From the NCBI RefSeq assembly GCF_004010195.1, contig NC_057720.1:33956782-34020781 (forward strand): 64,000 nt of DNA. The letters are read 5' to 3'. The notes under the pieces are model-generated. The model had not been told where the DNA came from. It saw only the letters and a list, made by a program, of their open reading frames with translations, and did no database searches. This document shows, piece after piece, positions 22,501-34,838 of the stretch (the stretch's first letter is position 1; every line of letters starts with the position of its first letter). The position numbers and the translations under genes were made by a program. The DNA comes from Chiloscyllium plagiosum (lineage: Eukaryota).

Positions 22501-24465
22501 GGCCCGAGTGGAGATGGTCAGTGGGCTAGATGCCCGAGTGGAGATGGCCCGTGCGCTGGAGGCCCGAGTTGAGATGGTCAGTGGGCTGGAGGCCTGACAG
22601 GGGATGGTCAGTGTGCTGGAGGCCCGAGGAGATGGTCTCTGGGCTGGAGGCCCGAGCGGAGATGGTCCGTGGCCTGGAGGCCCGACTGGGGATGGTCAGT
22701 GTGCTGGAGGCCCGAGGAGATGGTCTGTGGGCTGGAGTCCCGAGCGGAGATGGTCAGTGGGCTGGAGGCCCGACCCGAGCGGAGATGGTCAGTGGGCTGG
22801 AGGTCCGGGCGGAGATGGTCAGTGGGCTGGAGGCCCGAGCGGAGCGGAGATGGTCAGTGGGCTGGAGGCCCGAGCGGAGATGGCCCGTGGGCTGGAGGCC
22901 CGAGTTGAGATGGTCAGTGGGCTGGAGGCCCGAGTAGAATTGGTCAGTGGGCTGGAGCCTAGAGCGGAGATGGTCAGTGGGCTGGAGGCCAGAGCGGAGA
23001 TGGTCAGTGGGCTGGAGGCCTGAGTAGAATTGGTCAGTGGGCTGGAGGCCAGGCAGAGATGGTCAGTGGGCTGGAGGCCAGGCGGAGATGGTCAGTGGGC
23101 TGGAGGCCTGAGTAGAATTGGTCAGTGGGCTGGAGGCCCGAGCGGAGATGGCCCGTGGGCTGGAGGCCCGAGTTGAGATGGTCAGTGGGCTGGAGGCCCG
23201 AGTAGAATTGGTCAGTGGGCTGGAGGCCCGAGTAGAATTGGTCAGTGGGCTGGAGCCCAGACCGGAGATGGTCAGTGGGCTGAAGGCCTGAGTAGAATTG
23301 GTCAGTGGGCTGGAGGCCAGGCGGAGATGGTCAGTGGGCTGGAGGCCTGAGTAGAATTGGTCAGTGGGCTGGAGGCCCGAGTAGAATTGGTCAGTGGGCT
23401 GGAGCCCAGAGCGGAGATGGTCCGTGGGCTGGAGGCCCGAGCGGAGATGGTCCATGGGCTGGAGGCCCGAGCGGAGATGGTCCGGGGCTGGAGGCCTGAG
23501 CGGAGATGGTCCGAGGCTGGAGGCCCGAGCGGAGATGGTCCATGGGCTGGAGGCCCGAGTGGAGATGGTCAGTGGGCTGGTGGCTCGAGGGGAGATGGTC
23601 AGTGGGCTGGAGGCCCGACCCGAGCGGAGATGGTCAGTGGGCTGGTGGCACGAGCGAAGATGGTCAGTGGGCTGGAAGCCCAAGTGGAGATGGTCAGTGG
23701 GCTGGAGGCCGAGTAGAATTGGTCAGTGGGCTGGAGGCCCGTGTGGAGATGGTCAGTGGGCTGGAGGCCCGAGTTGAGATGGCCCGTGGGCTGGAGGCCC
23801 GAGTGGAGATGGTCAGTGGGCTGGAGGCCCGAGTAGAATTGGTCAGTGAGTTGGAGGCCAGAGCGGAGATGGTCAGTGGGCTGGAGGCCTGAGTAGAATT
23901 GGTCAGTGAGCACGAGGCCCGAGCGAACATGGTCAGTGGGCTGGAGGACCGAGTGGAGATGGCCCGTGGGCTGGAAGCCCGAGTGGAGATGGCACGTTGG
24001 CTGGAGGCCCGAGTGGAGATGGTCAGTGGGCTGGTGGCTCGAGGGGAGATGGTCAGTGGGCTGTAGGTCCGAGTAGAATTCGTCAGTGGGCTGGAGGCCC
24101 AAGTGGAGATGGTCAGTGGGCTGGAGGCCCGAGTGGAGATGGTCAGTGGGTTGGTGGCCTGAGCGGAGATGGTCAGTGGGCTGGAGGCCCAAGTTGAGAT
24201 GGCCCGTGGGCTGGAGGCCCAAGTGGAGATGGTCAGTGTGCTGGAGGCCCGAATGGAGATGGTCAGTGGGCTGGAGGCCCGAGTAGAATTGGTCAGTGGG
24301 CTGGAGGCCAGAGCGGAGATGGTCAGTGGGCTGGAGGCCTGAGTAGAATTGGCCTGTGGGCTGGAGGCCAGAGTAGAATCGGTCAGTGGGGGAGGCCCGA
24401 GCGGAGATGGTCAGTGGGCTGGAGGCCCGAGTGGAGATGGTCAGTGGGTTGGTGGCCTGAGTGGA
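16541..24465 (+). repeat. G-rich minisatellite, 30-bp unit GGAGATGGTCAGTGGGCTGGAGGCCCGAG(T/C), roughly 250 sequenced copies
   Basis: Directly visible tandem array with 28-bp and occasional 35-bp variant units; contains an N gap. Confidence 0.98.
16696..17077. other. Assembly gap (382 N) inside the minisatellite
   Basis: Run of N. Confidence 1.
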
Positions 24466-24803
24466 GCAAGACAGTTGTTGGACTGGGGACTGGTGCCAGT
24501 TGCCAGCGACTTGTAAACCGAGGCAGACCACACGTGGGAGCCCCTTGCGCTGATCTACTGAAAGCCTGTAGTGCTTATCGTTTTAACTTTATTGTCATTT
24601 TTCCATCTTCTGCTATGCACAACTGTAATTAATGCAATTTCATTCCTCTCTTTTTCCCTTCATTTCTGTATTTTGTAATTAAGATCTGCACTAGGTACTT
24701 TGTACCTAAAATGGCACCAGATGGGAGTACATTGTAAAATTTTCACTGTACTCCTGTACGTCCGTGATTGGATGCCCATGACAATAAAGGATATTCTATT
24801 CTA
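24466..24803 (+). mobile_element. Non-repetitive 3' segment ending in a LINE-type tail (Rex1/Babar- or L2-like), directly after the minisatellite
   Basis: Ends ttttcactgtactc...catgacaataaaggatattctattcta, i.e. AATAAA followed by a short (attct)n tail. Family assignment is from memory of fish and shark LINE 3' ends. Confidence 0.5.
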
Positions 24804-27065
24804 AAAGCGTGGTTGTATGACTCATCGTAACTGTACTTTTAAACAGACAGCAGTGAACACAATAGCTGCTGCTTGTATGTTTCTATGATAAGCAGCTTGC
24901 CCTTTTCTTTTGTTGCTGCCTAATTAGAAACCCTTTGGCCAAGTTATCTTGTGGATATGAATTCACAACAGCTTCAAGCCGTACCTTTTGTATGCTGTTA
25001 AGTATTGTTATACTTCAATTTTAAGTATATCGTTATTAATGTTCCAAAATAATAAACCTAGTATCGTTGCTATGTTCATCTATTTTCACATCTACACTTG
25101 ATTGCCTGAAAATCCTTTTGCCTTAAAATTTGGAAAATCACAATGACAATTAACTTCTGACAGGATCAAGTGCAGTCAGTAGGGAAGTGCTACATATTTT
25201 ACAGAAGAGTATGTCAACAATGTTCAGCCTCTGATTTTTATCATTAAAATTTGAAAATTAGATTTTGAAAGTCGTTTACAACCGTCATGGTTGTTGACCC
25301 ATTATCCAAACAACGTAAAGAGCAATGCAGCATAATGAAATGCATAAAGGGTCATATCATAGACAGTAACATAATCTACCTATTCAGTTTAACGTTCAGC
25401 CATTGAATTCTGAACATTTCTGTGCTAAGTCTGTCTCGTCACATGCTTTAATTTAGGATTCAATCATCTTGTTGCCACTGTTGTATTTTCTGGCCTTTTA
25501 CGCATTGTTGCATAAAGTTGCACATGGTTTATATGTATGCACTTAACACATTCTGGCTGTTAGATTTTCCCTACAGTTTCCTTCTCTGTTTTCTCTTTTG
25601 ACATCTTCCCTGTTGAGAATGCAAGCCATGCAGTCAGTAGGTGAACTCTCAGCAAGCTTTTGTGTAGGCTTTTCCCATCTGCCTGTTATATTTATTCAGT
25701 CATGCACTCAGAAGCTCTAACTGTGCCAGGTTTTGCCCTTGCATGCTTAGAGCTCTGTTTTGTTTCAGGCTTTAGACTTTACCATATTTAACTTTGTGTG
25801 ATGACTGTCTGCATTTATTTTTAATCGTGCTTTTGCAGTTTTTTAAAGCAAGGCAAAATGACTAACTTACTTAAAATGTGCTCCCTCAATTTAGTTATTT
25901 ATTACTAAATCTCCCATCAAAATCGAGTGCAGGCTTGGTGGCGGATGGATAATTAGACAAAATGCACAGACACAATTCACTGCATTTTAAGGCCTTATCC
26001 TTAAATTAATATTTTCATTATAAACTTACATAAATTATTGAACTCTCACAAATGTCATCTTTGAAAAAATTAGAAATCTGTTCCCAGCTGTGAAAATACA
26101 GAAAAAGGTGTGTACATTTATATAGCACCATTTCTGACCTCAGGATCTTTTACAGTGCAGTTACAATAGAAATGTTGGGGAGAATTCTGCAAACTGCTTT
26201 CTCAGGTCACAAAAGGAGCAAACATTTGCTTCTCCCTCTTCTGTTATGTCTTACCTTTGTCCCCACATGAATGTTCATCATCTTTATTTTTAAGCAAAAC
26301 ATAGACATCTGAATCCATACGGCTAAAATCTACAGTCACTATTTCCTATTGTCAAATCTTACTTTCACCCCTGAATCTTACGGCGCTATAAGGATAATGA
26401 ACAAAGGGATAAGTCAGAGATAGTAGGCAGCTTACCTTTACAGCTCTAATTGGGGGTAAGAACGTTCTTCCTGAACTACCACACAGTCTTGGGATTCACA
26501 AAAGTATCAGTCATCAGCATCCCTTCTCAATGTACATGCCATATTCTCGGCAGATCTCTGGCTCCTAACTCCAGTCTGTTCCTTTTGGTATATGTCTTCA
26601 GTAATAGTTCTAATTCTGTGAGGTTTGTTGCTTTGTTCTTCAGTCTGACTGCTATCCTTTTCGCCACATAATTCATTCCCTCAATTGCTTCCATTTCCTT
26701 TTTAAGGAAAGAGAACTTTTATATCTTCCTGCTGCACCACATTGCTGCATTGACAGCAACTATTTATTGACCCAGACCTACAACTTTCATTCCAACCCCA
26801 CCACTACACAACCTGTGCCCTGCCCACTGCCAGGCATTTTCTAAGCACCTACACTCCTTGCCTTATTTTTCAGGCCTTCAGTCTTCTGTGAGTGTTCTGT
26901 GCATCCCATCTATGTTCTGCACCCTTTCTACTATTTAAGTTAGCTACCCTTACATCTTAGAGTGGAGTTAGAGCCAAAACCTAATGGGACCAGAATCCCA
27001 CTCTGCCTTCCATTTCCACTGTTAATCTCAGCCTTTTGGGGTTTAGAATAGCTGTAGCCCATTTG

Positions 27066-27342
27066 AGATGACTTACAGTGTGGAAACAGGCCCTTCGGCC
27101 CAACAAGTCCACACTGACCCTCTGAAGAGAACCCACCCTACATTTACCCCTTCACCCAACACTACAGGCAATTTAGCACGGCCAATTCACCTAACCTGCA
27201 CATTTTTTGGACTGTGGGAGGAAACCGGAGCACACCCACACAGACACGGGGAGAATGTGCAAACTTCACATAGTTGCCTGAGGCTGGAATTGAACCCAGG
27301 TCTCTGGTGCTGTGAGGCAGCAGTGCTAACCACTGTGCCACC
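27066..27342 (-). mobile_element. HE1-like tRNA-derived SINE
   Basis: Homologous to 58094-58409 in reverse orientation; A and B boxes present. Confidence 0.9.
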
Positions 27343-28734
27343 TTCTATTGTTCAGAACAAATAGGCAATAAATGTAAAAGGCCTATAGGCTGACTCAATC
27401 TAGGTAAGGGAATCAGCAAACTGATGTGTTGGGGCCAAATGCAGGGAGCTTTGTTTGACACAGACCGTGTATTATACTTATCCATGTGTGCTTTGTGCTG
27501 ACATGAGATGCTGTGGCCAGCAATTACCACTCTCTCAACCATTAATTTTGTAGAAGGAAAATCATACGTTATGAGATGAACGAATTCTTGTTGTGAACTA
27601 TTAACATGCAGCAGGCGTACTGAAGTAGAAAATACTGATCCAAAACTATTCCTTAACTATTATCGTATCAGCTCAAATACCATTAAAAAGTACAGCCTTG
27701 CAAAAGAAGCAGGAGGTAAATGATTTACGTTGACTGGGAGTTGCTGGTTTGTATGTGCAGGGAGTTGTCAAAAATGGTTTCACAGAATACTCAAGTGCAA
27801 AATTATTGTAGCGTCTGTGCAGGAGCATAACTTTTATGTTGTTTGATGTGTTGAAGGAAGTTAAGCAAGTTCATAGAAGATGACAAGTTGGTAGAAGTGA
27901 TACCAGTGCAGACAACATAATCTCCAGGTCATTAAAATATGCAAAATCAGCTTTGCAGGAAGACTGTCACAACTCATTTCCAGGAAGATGTTTGTTCCCC
28001 ATAGGCATAGTACCAACTGCAAAACACTCATGCTTGAGCTGCATTAGCTACCTATGCAAGAAATAACAACAGACAGATTACCTGCTTTTTGCCTTGGAGA
28101 GATGCCAGTGTGAATTAAAGTGCGAGCAGAATGCAATGCAGATTTGCCAAAGAGCATTTCAGCACTTTTTAAGATTGACTTTGTGGCAAAAGAACTGTCA
28201 AAAATCCTGTAAAAATCCTTTTCTGCAATCATGCAACTTGAAATGACACACTTGGTGATCTGCCCAGTAAGACCCACAGGCTTTCTTTGCTGAATCATCT
28301 GTAACTATGATTGTAGAATACTATTTTCACCTCATTCACATTTTCTTCAACTCTCTTGACAGCGAGCTAAACCTGAAGATGAATTGCAGTTTACGAGCTT
28401 AACAAAAAAAAATCTTCACAGCTTTGTGGTCGTCTCTGTAATGGATGTAATGGAGCTCACTTCTTGATAAGCATCAAAACTGTGATCTGAGAATTCCTTA
28501 TCTCTGCACTTGTTAAAACAAGGCAATGACTGTCAGTGTGTAACTTCTTATAAATCTCAAGCATGGAGAAATAGTTACTGATCAAACAAAAAAAAGATTT
28601 CTAGGCATGATATATCTCCTTACTTAAATTTTTAAACTGATTTCTGACTGTCAATCATCTGCACGTATGTTGTTTTTCTCTGTGCTCTTTTTGGAAGTAT
28701 TTGCAATTCGTTTCTTGTCCAAGAATAAATTCCT

Positions 28735-29135
28735 ACAAGATATACATAGGCCTATTGAGCCTGCTGCACAATTTCCCCATTGATTGTGGCCTTAACTTCA
28801 CCTTCTCACCTTCACCCATGACCTTTGACTTCCTTGTCAACCAAACATCTGTCAAACTCAGCCTCAAACAGTGACCCAACCTCCACTGCTCCTTGAGCAA
28901 GAGAACTTCAAAGACTAACCAATCCTCTTGAGAAAATAAATTCCTCCTCATCTCCATCGTAATGGGAAGTTCTTTAGTTTTAAACTGCACCATTTAGTCC
29001 TAGACTCTCCCTCAAGGGAGATATCTTCCCAGCATCAATGCGTTAAGCCCATCAGAATCTAATATGTTTCATTTTTCTGAGCTTCAGCGAGCATAGACCT
29101 AAACTGCTCAATCTTGCCTCATAATACAACTTCAG
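28735..29135 (-). mobile_element. CR1-clade LINE 3' fragment, old
   Basis: Minus-strand MEMRRNLFSQ-type C-terminal peptide and a CR1-like 3' UTR. Confidence 0.65.
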
Positions 29136-29598
29136 GAATCCATATGGCAAATGATTTTGCAGAAGTCTGACATCCTATTTGTATTTGTGTTGCCACTCAT
29201 TGAAAATAGAATGGCCCAGATCTTACTCGAAAAATAGAAGTGTTCAGACTACATGTTACTGCTGCAATGCAAATCAACCAGTATGTTCAGGCAAAGAAAC
29301 AGTGCAGAAAGGGATATGAATGGCTTTACCCTGCCAGGTAATTCACAGCACTCTATAACTTGTATCGTACAAATGGCAGCTTGCCCTCAATTTTTGCAAA
29401 GCAGCAAAGCAAATCAACAATAAATTAACGCTGTAATTGACCCAAAAGGTCAGACGTTAAGCTTCTGAAATTTGGGCAGATAAAGTTTCAAAGTTTAAAT
29501 ATTAATCTGTTCAGTGGAAAAATGAAATTGTGTTGCACAATTGATGGTCATTGTTCTGTCAATGTTTTTTCTCTAATTTGTTTTCTTTTTCCGCTTAG

Positions 29599-29721
29599 GT
29601 TGCCGTACAGTGGCTACTTTGGTGGGGTGTCAGGACTGAGCAAGGAGCAATTTTTAAAAATTAATGGCTTCCCTAATGAATACTGGGGCTGGGGTGGTGA
29701 AGATGATGATATTTACAACAG
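29599..29721 (+). CDS. B4GALT2: B4GALT2-like next coding exon of 123 nt
   Basis: Translates (R)LPYSGYFGGVSGLSKEQFLKINGFPNEYWGWGGEDDDIYN(R), with the YFGGVS and WGWGGEDDD motifs. Acceptor ttttctttttccgcttag ends at 29598; donor AG|gtaaga starts at 29722. The phase-2 junction with the upstream exon rebuilds an Arg codon (AG+G). Confidence 0.94.
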
Positions 29722-29772
29722 GTAAGACAATACAGGTACTTAGATCATTATGCCATTGAATTATCAGAATTA

Positions 29773-29984
29773 GGGGAGAAAGTGAGGTCTGCAGATGCTG
29801 GAGATCAGAGCTGAAAATGTGTTGCTGAAACAGCGCAGCAGATCAGGCAGCATCCAGGGAACAGGAGAATCGACGTTTCGGGCATAAGCCCTTCTTCAGG
29901 AAGGGCTTATGCCCGAAGCGTCGATTCTCCTGTTCCCTGGATGCTGCCTGACCTGCTGCGCTGTTTCAGCAACACATTTTCAGC
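29773..29984. mobile_element. Fold-back PLE-derived mini-element (family B), 14-bp TSD
   Basis: Inverted arms 29810-29893 and 29901-29984. TSD aattatcagaatta at 29759-29772 and 29985-29998. Confidence 0.9.
29870..29902 (-). ncRNA. Minimal hammerhead ribozyme motif (family B), intact
   Basis: Reverse complement TTC-CTGAAGA-A-GGGC-ttat-GCCC-GAAA-CG-TC-GA. Palindromic ACGT at stem III, GUC cleavage triplet, short stem I TC/GA. Confidence 0.75.
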
Positions 29985-31329
29985 AATTATCAGAATTATC
30001 CAAGTTAGTTTTGATTAGGAAAGATAATGCAGATGTCATAATTGAAGGAACCTTGTTTGAGTTTGATTTAATGCTGGTTTATGATCCTGTCAGAGATTAG
30101 CTTCATTTTAGTAATTATATTAAAAAAAACTTTTCAGCGAGGGATTCTTTTTTACGAATTACTTTGTCTAGTTGTGCACCTAGGATATGGCTAATGGTTA
30201 CGATAAACTTGAAACACTTAAATTCTTCCACTAGAACAAACAAGTTTGAAAGAAAACATTTCACAGATAGGATGTGTGACCATAGGGAGTGATTGAAGCA
30301 GGAAAATAGCTTTTAGGGGTAGATTAGATGAAAATTTGAAGATACGTAGCTATTGATAGAGAATGGGAGATTAGTTTTAGATGGCATCAACAAAGAGCTG
30401 GCACTGATATATTGTAACAATGACTGCTTGCTGTTGAAAATTTCTATTTTGCCATCCATTTCTATTCTGCTCTCAATTCCTCTTTCTCATCTAGTCGTAT
30501 TCTTTCTACTGTTTTTGTTTCAATCTCTGTTGTCCTTCTATTTCTCTTTAAGTGCCCTGTAGGATAAAATGGACACCATTTTATGGTTGTCTTGTTAAAT
30601 AGAGACAAATGCTTGAGAGAACCAAGCCATATAATAAAGCAAGCAAGTACAAACCAATTGAAAACAGTGAATTCTAAATGCAATCTCTCTTTCAGAAAAG
30701 GCAGTTTGCCCCTGGTAGTTAACCAGTTTTGCCAATAAATTTGGTTAGATCTGCCTTTTTTTGATTTTAGTTTATACAAAAATTGACTAGGGATTAATGA
30801 AGACAGCTGTTGGTATTGATAACACTGTCAGTATTGAGCATCACTGGAGGTTTCAGCAGAAGTCTGATTGTATTGTTGAAGAGGGTGTCATATTTTATTG
30901 TAGGCAGCAGGGAAAACTAAGAGTGGAAAATCAAAAAATGAGCAAACATAATGAATAGTATCTACGTTTAATTAAAATATTGGTGCTAAATTTAAATTTA
31001 ACAACTTAATTGAGAAGCAAGTCACAAACAATGGATACATTATATCCATTCTGGTAAAGTCATTGGTAAACATGGACAAGAGTCATACGTTGTAATGCTA
31101 GTCAATGTATAATACTGGTTTAATGCCATGGTGCCATTTTTGACCTCAACATTCCAGCTAAAGCTATTGTTTGACCTAACACAACTAAATTTGTGTACAG
31201 CAAAAAGGAACCCCCCCCCCCCCCATCCCCACCCCATCACTGCTATCTCCAGTATCATCACTTATTTTCAGAATACTGGCTGATTAATATCCACTGGATG
31301 TTGCATTGTTCGTCAAAATGTTTACTTAC

Positions 31330-32020
31330 TATCATGAGCTCTTGTCTTTACGTAAATGCTGAATCCCCTCCATCCACATCCTGGGAGTTATCATTGACCA
31401 GAATTCTAGGTTGACCACCCATTATAAGTACTGTGTCTACAAAAGCAGGCCAAAGACTGGGAATTTTGTTATGAATATCTCACCTCCTAACTCCTTAGTG
31501 CCTGTCTATCATTTACAAGGGACAAATCAAGCTAATGATGGAATTTCCTGATTTGTCTGGGTGGAGCTTCAACAACTCTGAAGCTCATCCAGGATAAAGC
31601 AGCCAGCTTGATCAGCACATTCTCCATCACTTGAAACGTTCACTCCCTCCACCACCAGTGCACAGTGGCAACAGTGTATACAATCTACAAGAGGTACCGC
31701 AGAAGCACAGCAAGCCTCCTTTGGCAGCACCTTCGAAACCTACAATATCTATCACATAGAATGGTAAGGGTGGCAGAAATATAGAAACACCAGAAATTGC
31801 AAGTTCTCCTTCAAAGTTAAATCACCCTCCCTTGGAACTATATTGTTGTTTCTTCAGTGACACTGGATGAAATTCCTTTCATTCCCTTCTTAATAACTTG
31901 GTTAGTATAGCTACTCTGTATGGGCTAATGTATGTTTTTGAAGTTGGCAGCTCATAGCTACTTTCTCAAGTTAGAGATGGATAACAAATGCTGGCCTTGT
32001 AATGTTTGCATCTAATGTGA
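31330..32020 (+). mobile_element. Old non-LTR retrotransposon (CR1/L2 group) 3' fragment
   Basis: Decayed RT C-terminal features (ctgggagttatcattgaccagaa..., tacaagggacaaatcaag...atggaa); tail shared with 4240-4448. Confidence 0.6.
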
Positions 32021-32108
32021 ACATTTCACATTCTCTTCGGAGATCTGTTGTGTCCCAGTCTAAACTGGAGAGTTTTGTGGACATTCTAACGACACATCTT
32101 TGATTTGA

Positions 32109-32311
32109 TGATTTGGAGATGCTGGTGTTGGACTGGGGTGTACAAAGTTACAAATCACACAACACCAGGTTATAGTCCAACAGGTTTGATTGGCAGCACT
32201 AACTTTCGGAGCGCCACTCCTTCATCAATCACCTGATGAAGGAGCACTGCTCCAAAAGCTAGTGCTTCCAATTAAACCTGTTGGACTATAACCTGGTGAT
32301 GTGTGATTTGT
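32109..32311. mobile_element. Fold-back PLE-derived mini-element (family A), opposite orientation, 13-bp TSD
   Basis: TSD atctttgatttga at 32096-32108 and 32312-32324. Inverted arms around 32229. Both hammerhead motifs are mutated. Confidence 0.85.
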
Positions 32312-33194
32312 ATCTTTGATTTGACATTGCTTGCTATTGATCTGGCACACGCCCTGACCATTTGTCATTCTCAATTGAGTTAAACTGGTCTCTCAGTGGG
32401 GATTGTCTACTTAGCAGCATGCTGTGTTTTGAACACTCTCCGATGCTGTAGTGAACAAAAATACCAAGGGTTTTCTCATACACCAGCTTGGTTTAAGACA
32501 TTCCACCTGTAGATTACCTGCTTGCTGACTGCTCAAGCACAATAGGACTTATCCCGCCGTTCACCATGCAGTGTTAAAGATGATGGCCTATTAATGAAGC
32601 GTACATTAATAATTAATTAGCTCCATGAGTTAGTTTATTTGAAGCAATAAAACATATGACAAGTTATGAAGCAGATATGACAACAAATAAAAAAATAATA
32701 ATTTCCGTGAGCGCCACTTGCAGATACATAGCTGGCTGATTGCCAGGCAAAGTCGTCACATTGTCATCACATTGTCAACACATGGAATGCTTAAAGGTGA
32801 ACTTTCTTTAAGGCAACACACAACACTAAACTCTACACAAGGTAATTGTCAGACTCTTGCCAGTGACAGATGTGCCAATTCTCCAAGTGTTCTGTGTCCA
32901 AAATCCTTTGGTACCAGAGAAAGTGACAGTATCTTCCTGTAGCTCCTCCATCTCTACCTAGGCAGATTACAGTTCTTCAGTATCTAAAAGCATTAAGTCA
33001 CATAAGTCAGATAATTGAAAAGGGAGGTGGAGTAGAGAAAAACAACTGCTTTCTTGAACCAGAGTTTGTAAATCAGAAATTCAGCAATGAGGAGGGAACA
33101 GGATTTGAAAATGAAGATCAGATGCCACCACACAGTCACCTTTGATGATTTTTGCCCATGTTGACCAAGGCCTCAGACTTAGACATTGTACTAA

Positions 33195-33790
33195 TGATAA
33201 GCACAATCACCTCCATCTGGGTTAGCATATAAAGCCACAGCTGTCTCCTGCTAGTTAATTCCCACTATCTTACCACCACCTTATCCTGCAGGAAGGAAGG
33301 AAGGATGTGAGTGAATGCAGTGCAATGTGTTTGCGTGACATGCTCTTAATTGGTGAATAGCTAGCAATATATGCGAGTTATGAGTATTGGATGTGAGGTT
33401 TTCAACATTACTAAATGTGGGAGGATCAGATGACGTTATGAATGTGAGGTATGAATCATGATTGGTTGTGATTCTTGTTCAATGAGTGCAAAGGGATATG
33501 TTGAATTGATCAATGTGTGAAACAAGTGCATCAGTTGTAACAATATGACACCTGATGATGAATTTACTGACCTTGCCCACTAATATAAGGTCACTGACCT
33601 TCTTCCTACACTGTACCCAGGCCCTTGGGGCTGTACAGACCATGATGGCTGTCTAGTTTCGTTGCCTATGCGTAGTTTGTCAAGGGAATCTTGTAGTCTC
33701 TTTGGATGGACGGTCTTTCTCTCTTTCACTTATATACAGGCTCTTAGTGCCACTTGAAAAAAGCCTGGAGCATGCTCTGTACTCTGATAT
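33195..33790 (-). pseudogene. Decayed Myb/SANT-like gene fragment (PIF/Harbinger second-ORF type), with an apparent intron
   Basis: Minus strand reads ...APGFFQVAL... and ...TAPRAWVQCRKKVSDLILVGK|gtcagt. A ctgcag acceptor near 33290 is followed by DKVV...LTQMEVIVL. QCRKKxxDL is typical of Myb/SANT-like (trihelix) domains. Confidence 0.55.
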
Positions 33791-34483
33791 ATCAAACGCA
33801 GACATCTTGTGAGCCGCACTCTTCCCCAACACTTTAAAGAGCACAGGTTGACTTTAAATGATGTTGGTGTCACACAAACATGGGCCTCCTGCTGAGATGT
33901 GATGCCACTAAGCAGGAGTTTAGTGCTGGTCTGAAAGTTACTGTCATTTAGAGTAGCAGGCTGTACAAAGTACATATGTTTTCTGATTGGAAGATGCAGT
34001 TGGATGTTAATCCTTTGTTGCAATACCCATGTCTGTTTTCAGCAGAAAATATATTTTGGTCCTGAAATGTTAGCTTACTTCTAATGTGCAAAATATGACC
34101 TTGGTGAATAATGGGACATGAATAATGGAAGAGAATGGTCCACTTAAATGTTATTGCCTGATAAGAAATTGTGTTTTGTGGAAAGTCATCTTCTATGTTC
34201 CAATGAGATTGAATAGAAATAATTTGATCCTGTAAAGCTGAAGAAAAGTGTAATGAATATCACCTCCTTTTGTTTTGTTCTGAGGAGTTGAGTACTGTAG
34301 AAACTCCCAAGGTGTAAATTCATTCCTTTCATATCGAACATCCATGACGCTCACTCTAGCCAACGTGGTTGAAAATTTGCACTTGCTCTCAATTGTGTTG
34401 TATCTTTGCTGGTTGTGTGATGAAAACTCCATTTACTAGTATGAGTAAGGTATTTGTTGCACTTCCAGCTGTGGAACAGCAAT

Positions 34484-34838
34484 GGGGCTGCACGGTGACT
34501 CAGTGGTTAGCACTGCTGCCTCACAGTGCCAGGGACTAGGGTTCAATTCCAGCCTCGGGTGACTGTCTGTGTGGAATTTGCACATTCTCCCAGCGTCTGC
34601 GTGGGTTTCCTCCGGGTGCTCTGGTTTTCTCCCATAGTCCAAAGATGTGCAGGTTAGGTGAATGGCTATGCTAAATTGCCCATAGTGTCTCGGGATGTAT
34701 AGGCTGGTGGATTAGCCATGAGAAATGCAGGGCTACGGGGTTAGGTTAGGGGATGGGTCTGGACGGGGTGCTCTTTGAAAAGTCGGTGTGGATCCGATGG
34801 GCCAAATGACCTGCTTCCTACACAGTAGTGATACTATT
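34484..34838 (+). mobile_element. HE1-like tRNA-derived SINE (longer variant)
   Basis: Head ggggctgcacggtgactcagtggttagcactgctgcctcacag, B box GGTTCAATTCC, conserved body. Confidence 0.9.

Noticed and set aside
16541..24465. CRISPR-like or immunoglobulin switch-like array
   Set aside because: There are no unique spacers and no cas genes, and the DNA is eukaryotic. GGGCT motifs are present but no Ig segments are nearby.
16421..24632. Many long ORFs in the minisatellite (GDGQWAGGPS, EMVSGLEARV and RWSVGWRPEW repeats) resembling a repetitive structural protein
   Set aside because: A 30-bp unit without stops opens several frames automatically. The 28-, 29- and 35-bp variants shift frame freely, variant units add stops, no frame is preserved and the array is intronic.
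26110..26220. Possible DeuSINE/AmnSINE-like 3' remnant (catttatatagcacc...gacctcagga)
   Set aside because: Too short and degenerate to support without a profile search.
27990..28300. Possible Tc1 transposase remnant (RFAKEHF on the + strand)
   Set aside because: Only a short motif; no DDE region or TIRs could be traced.
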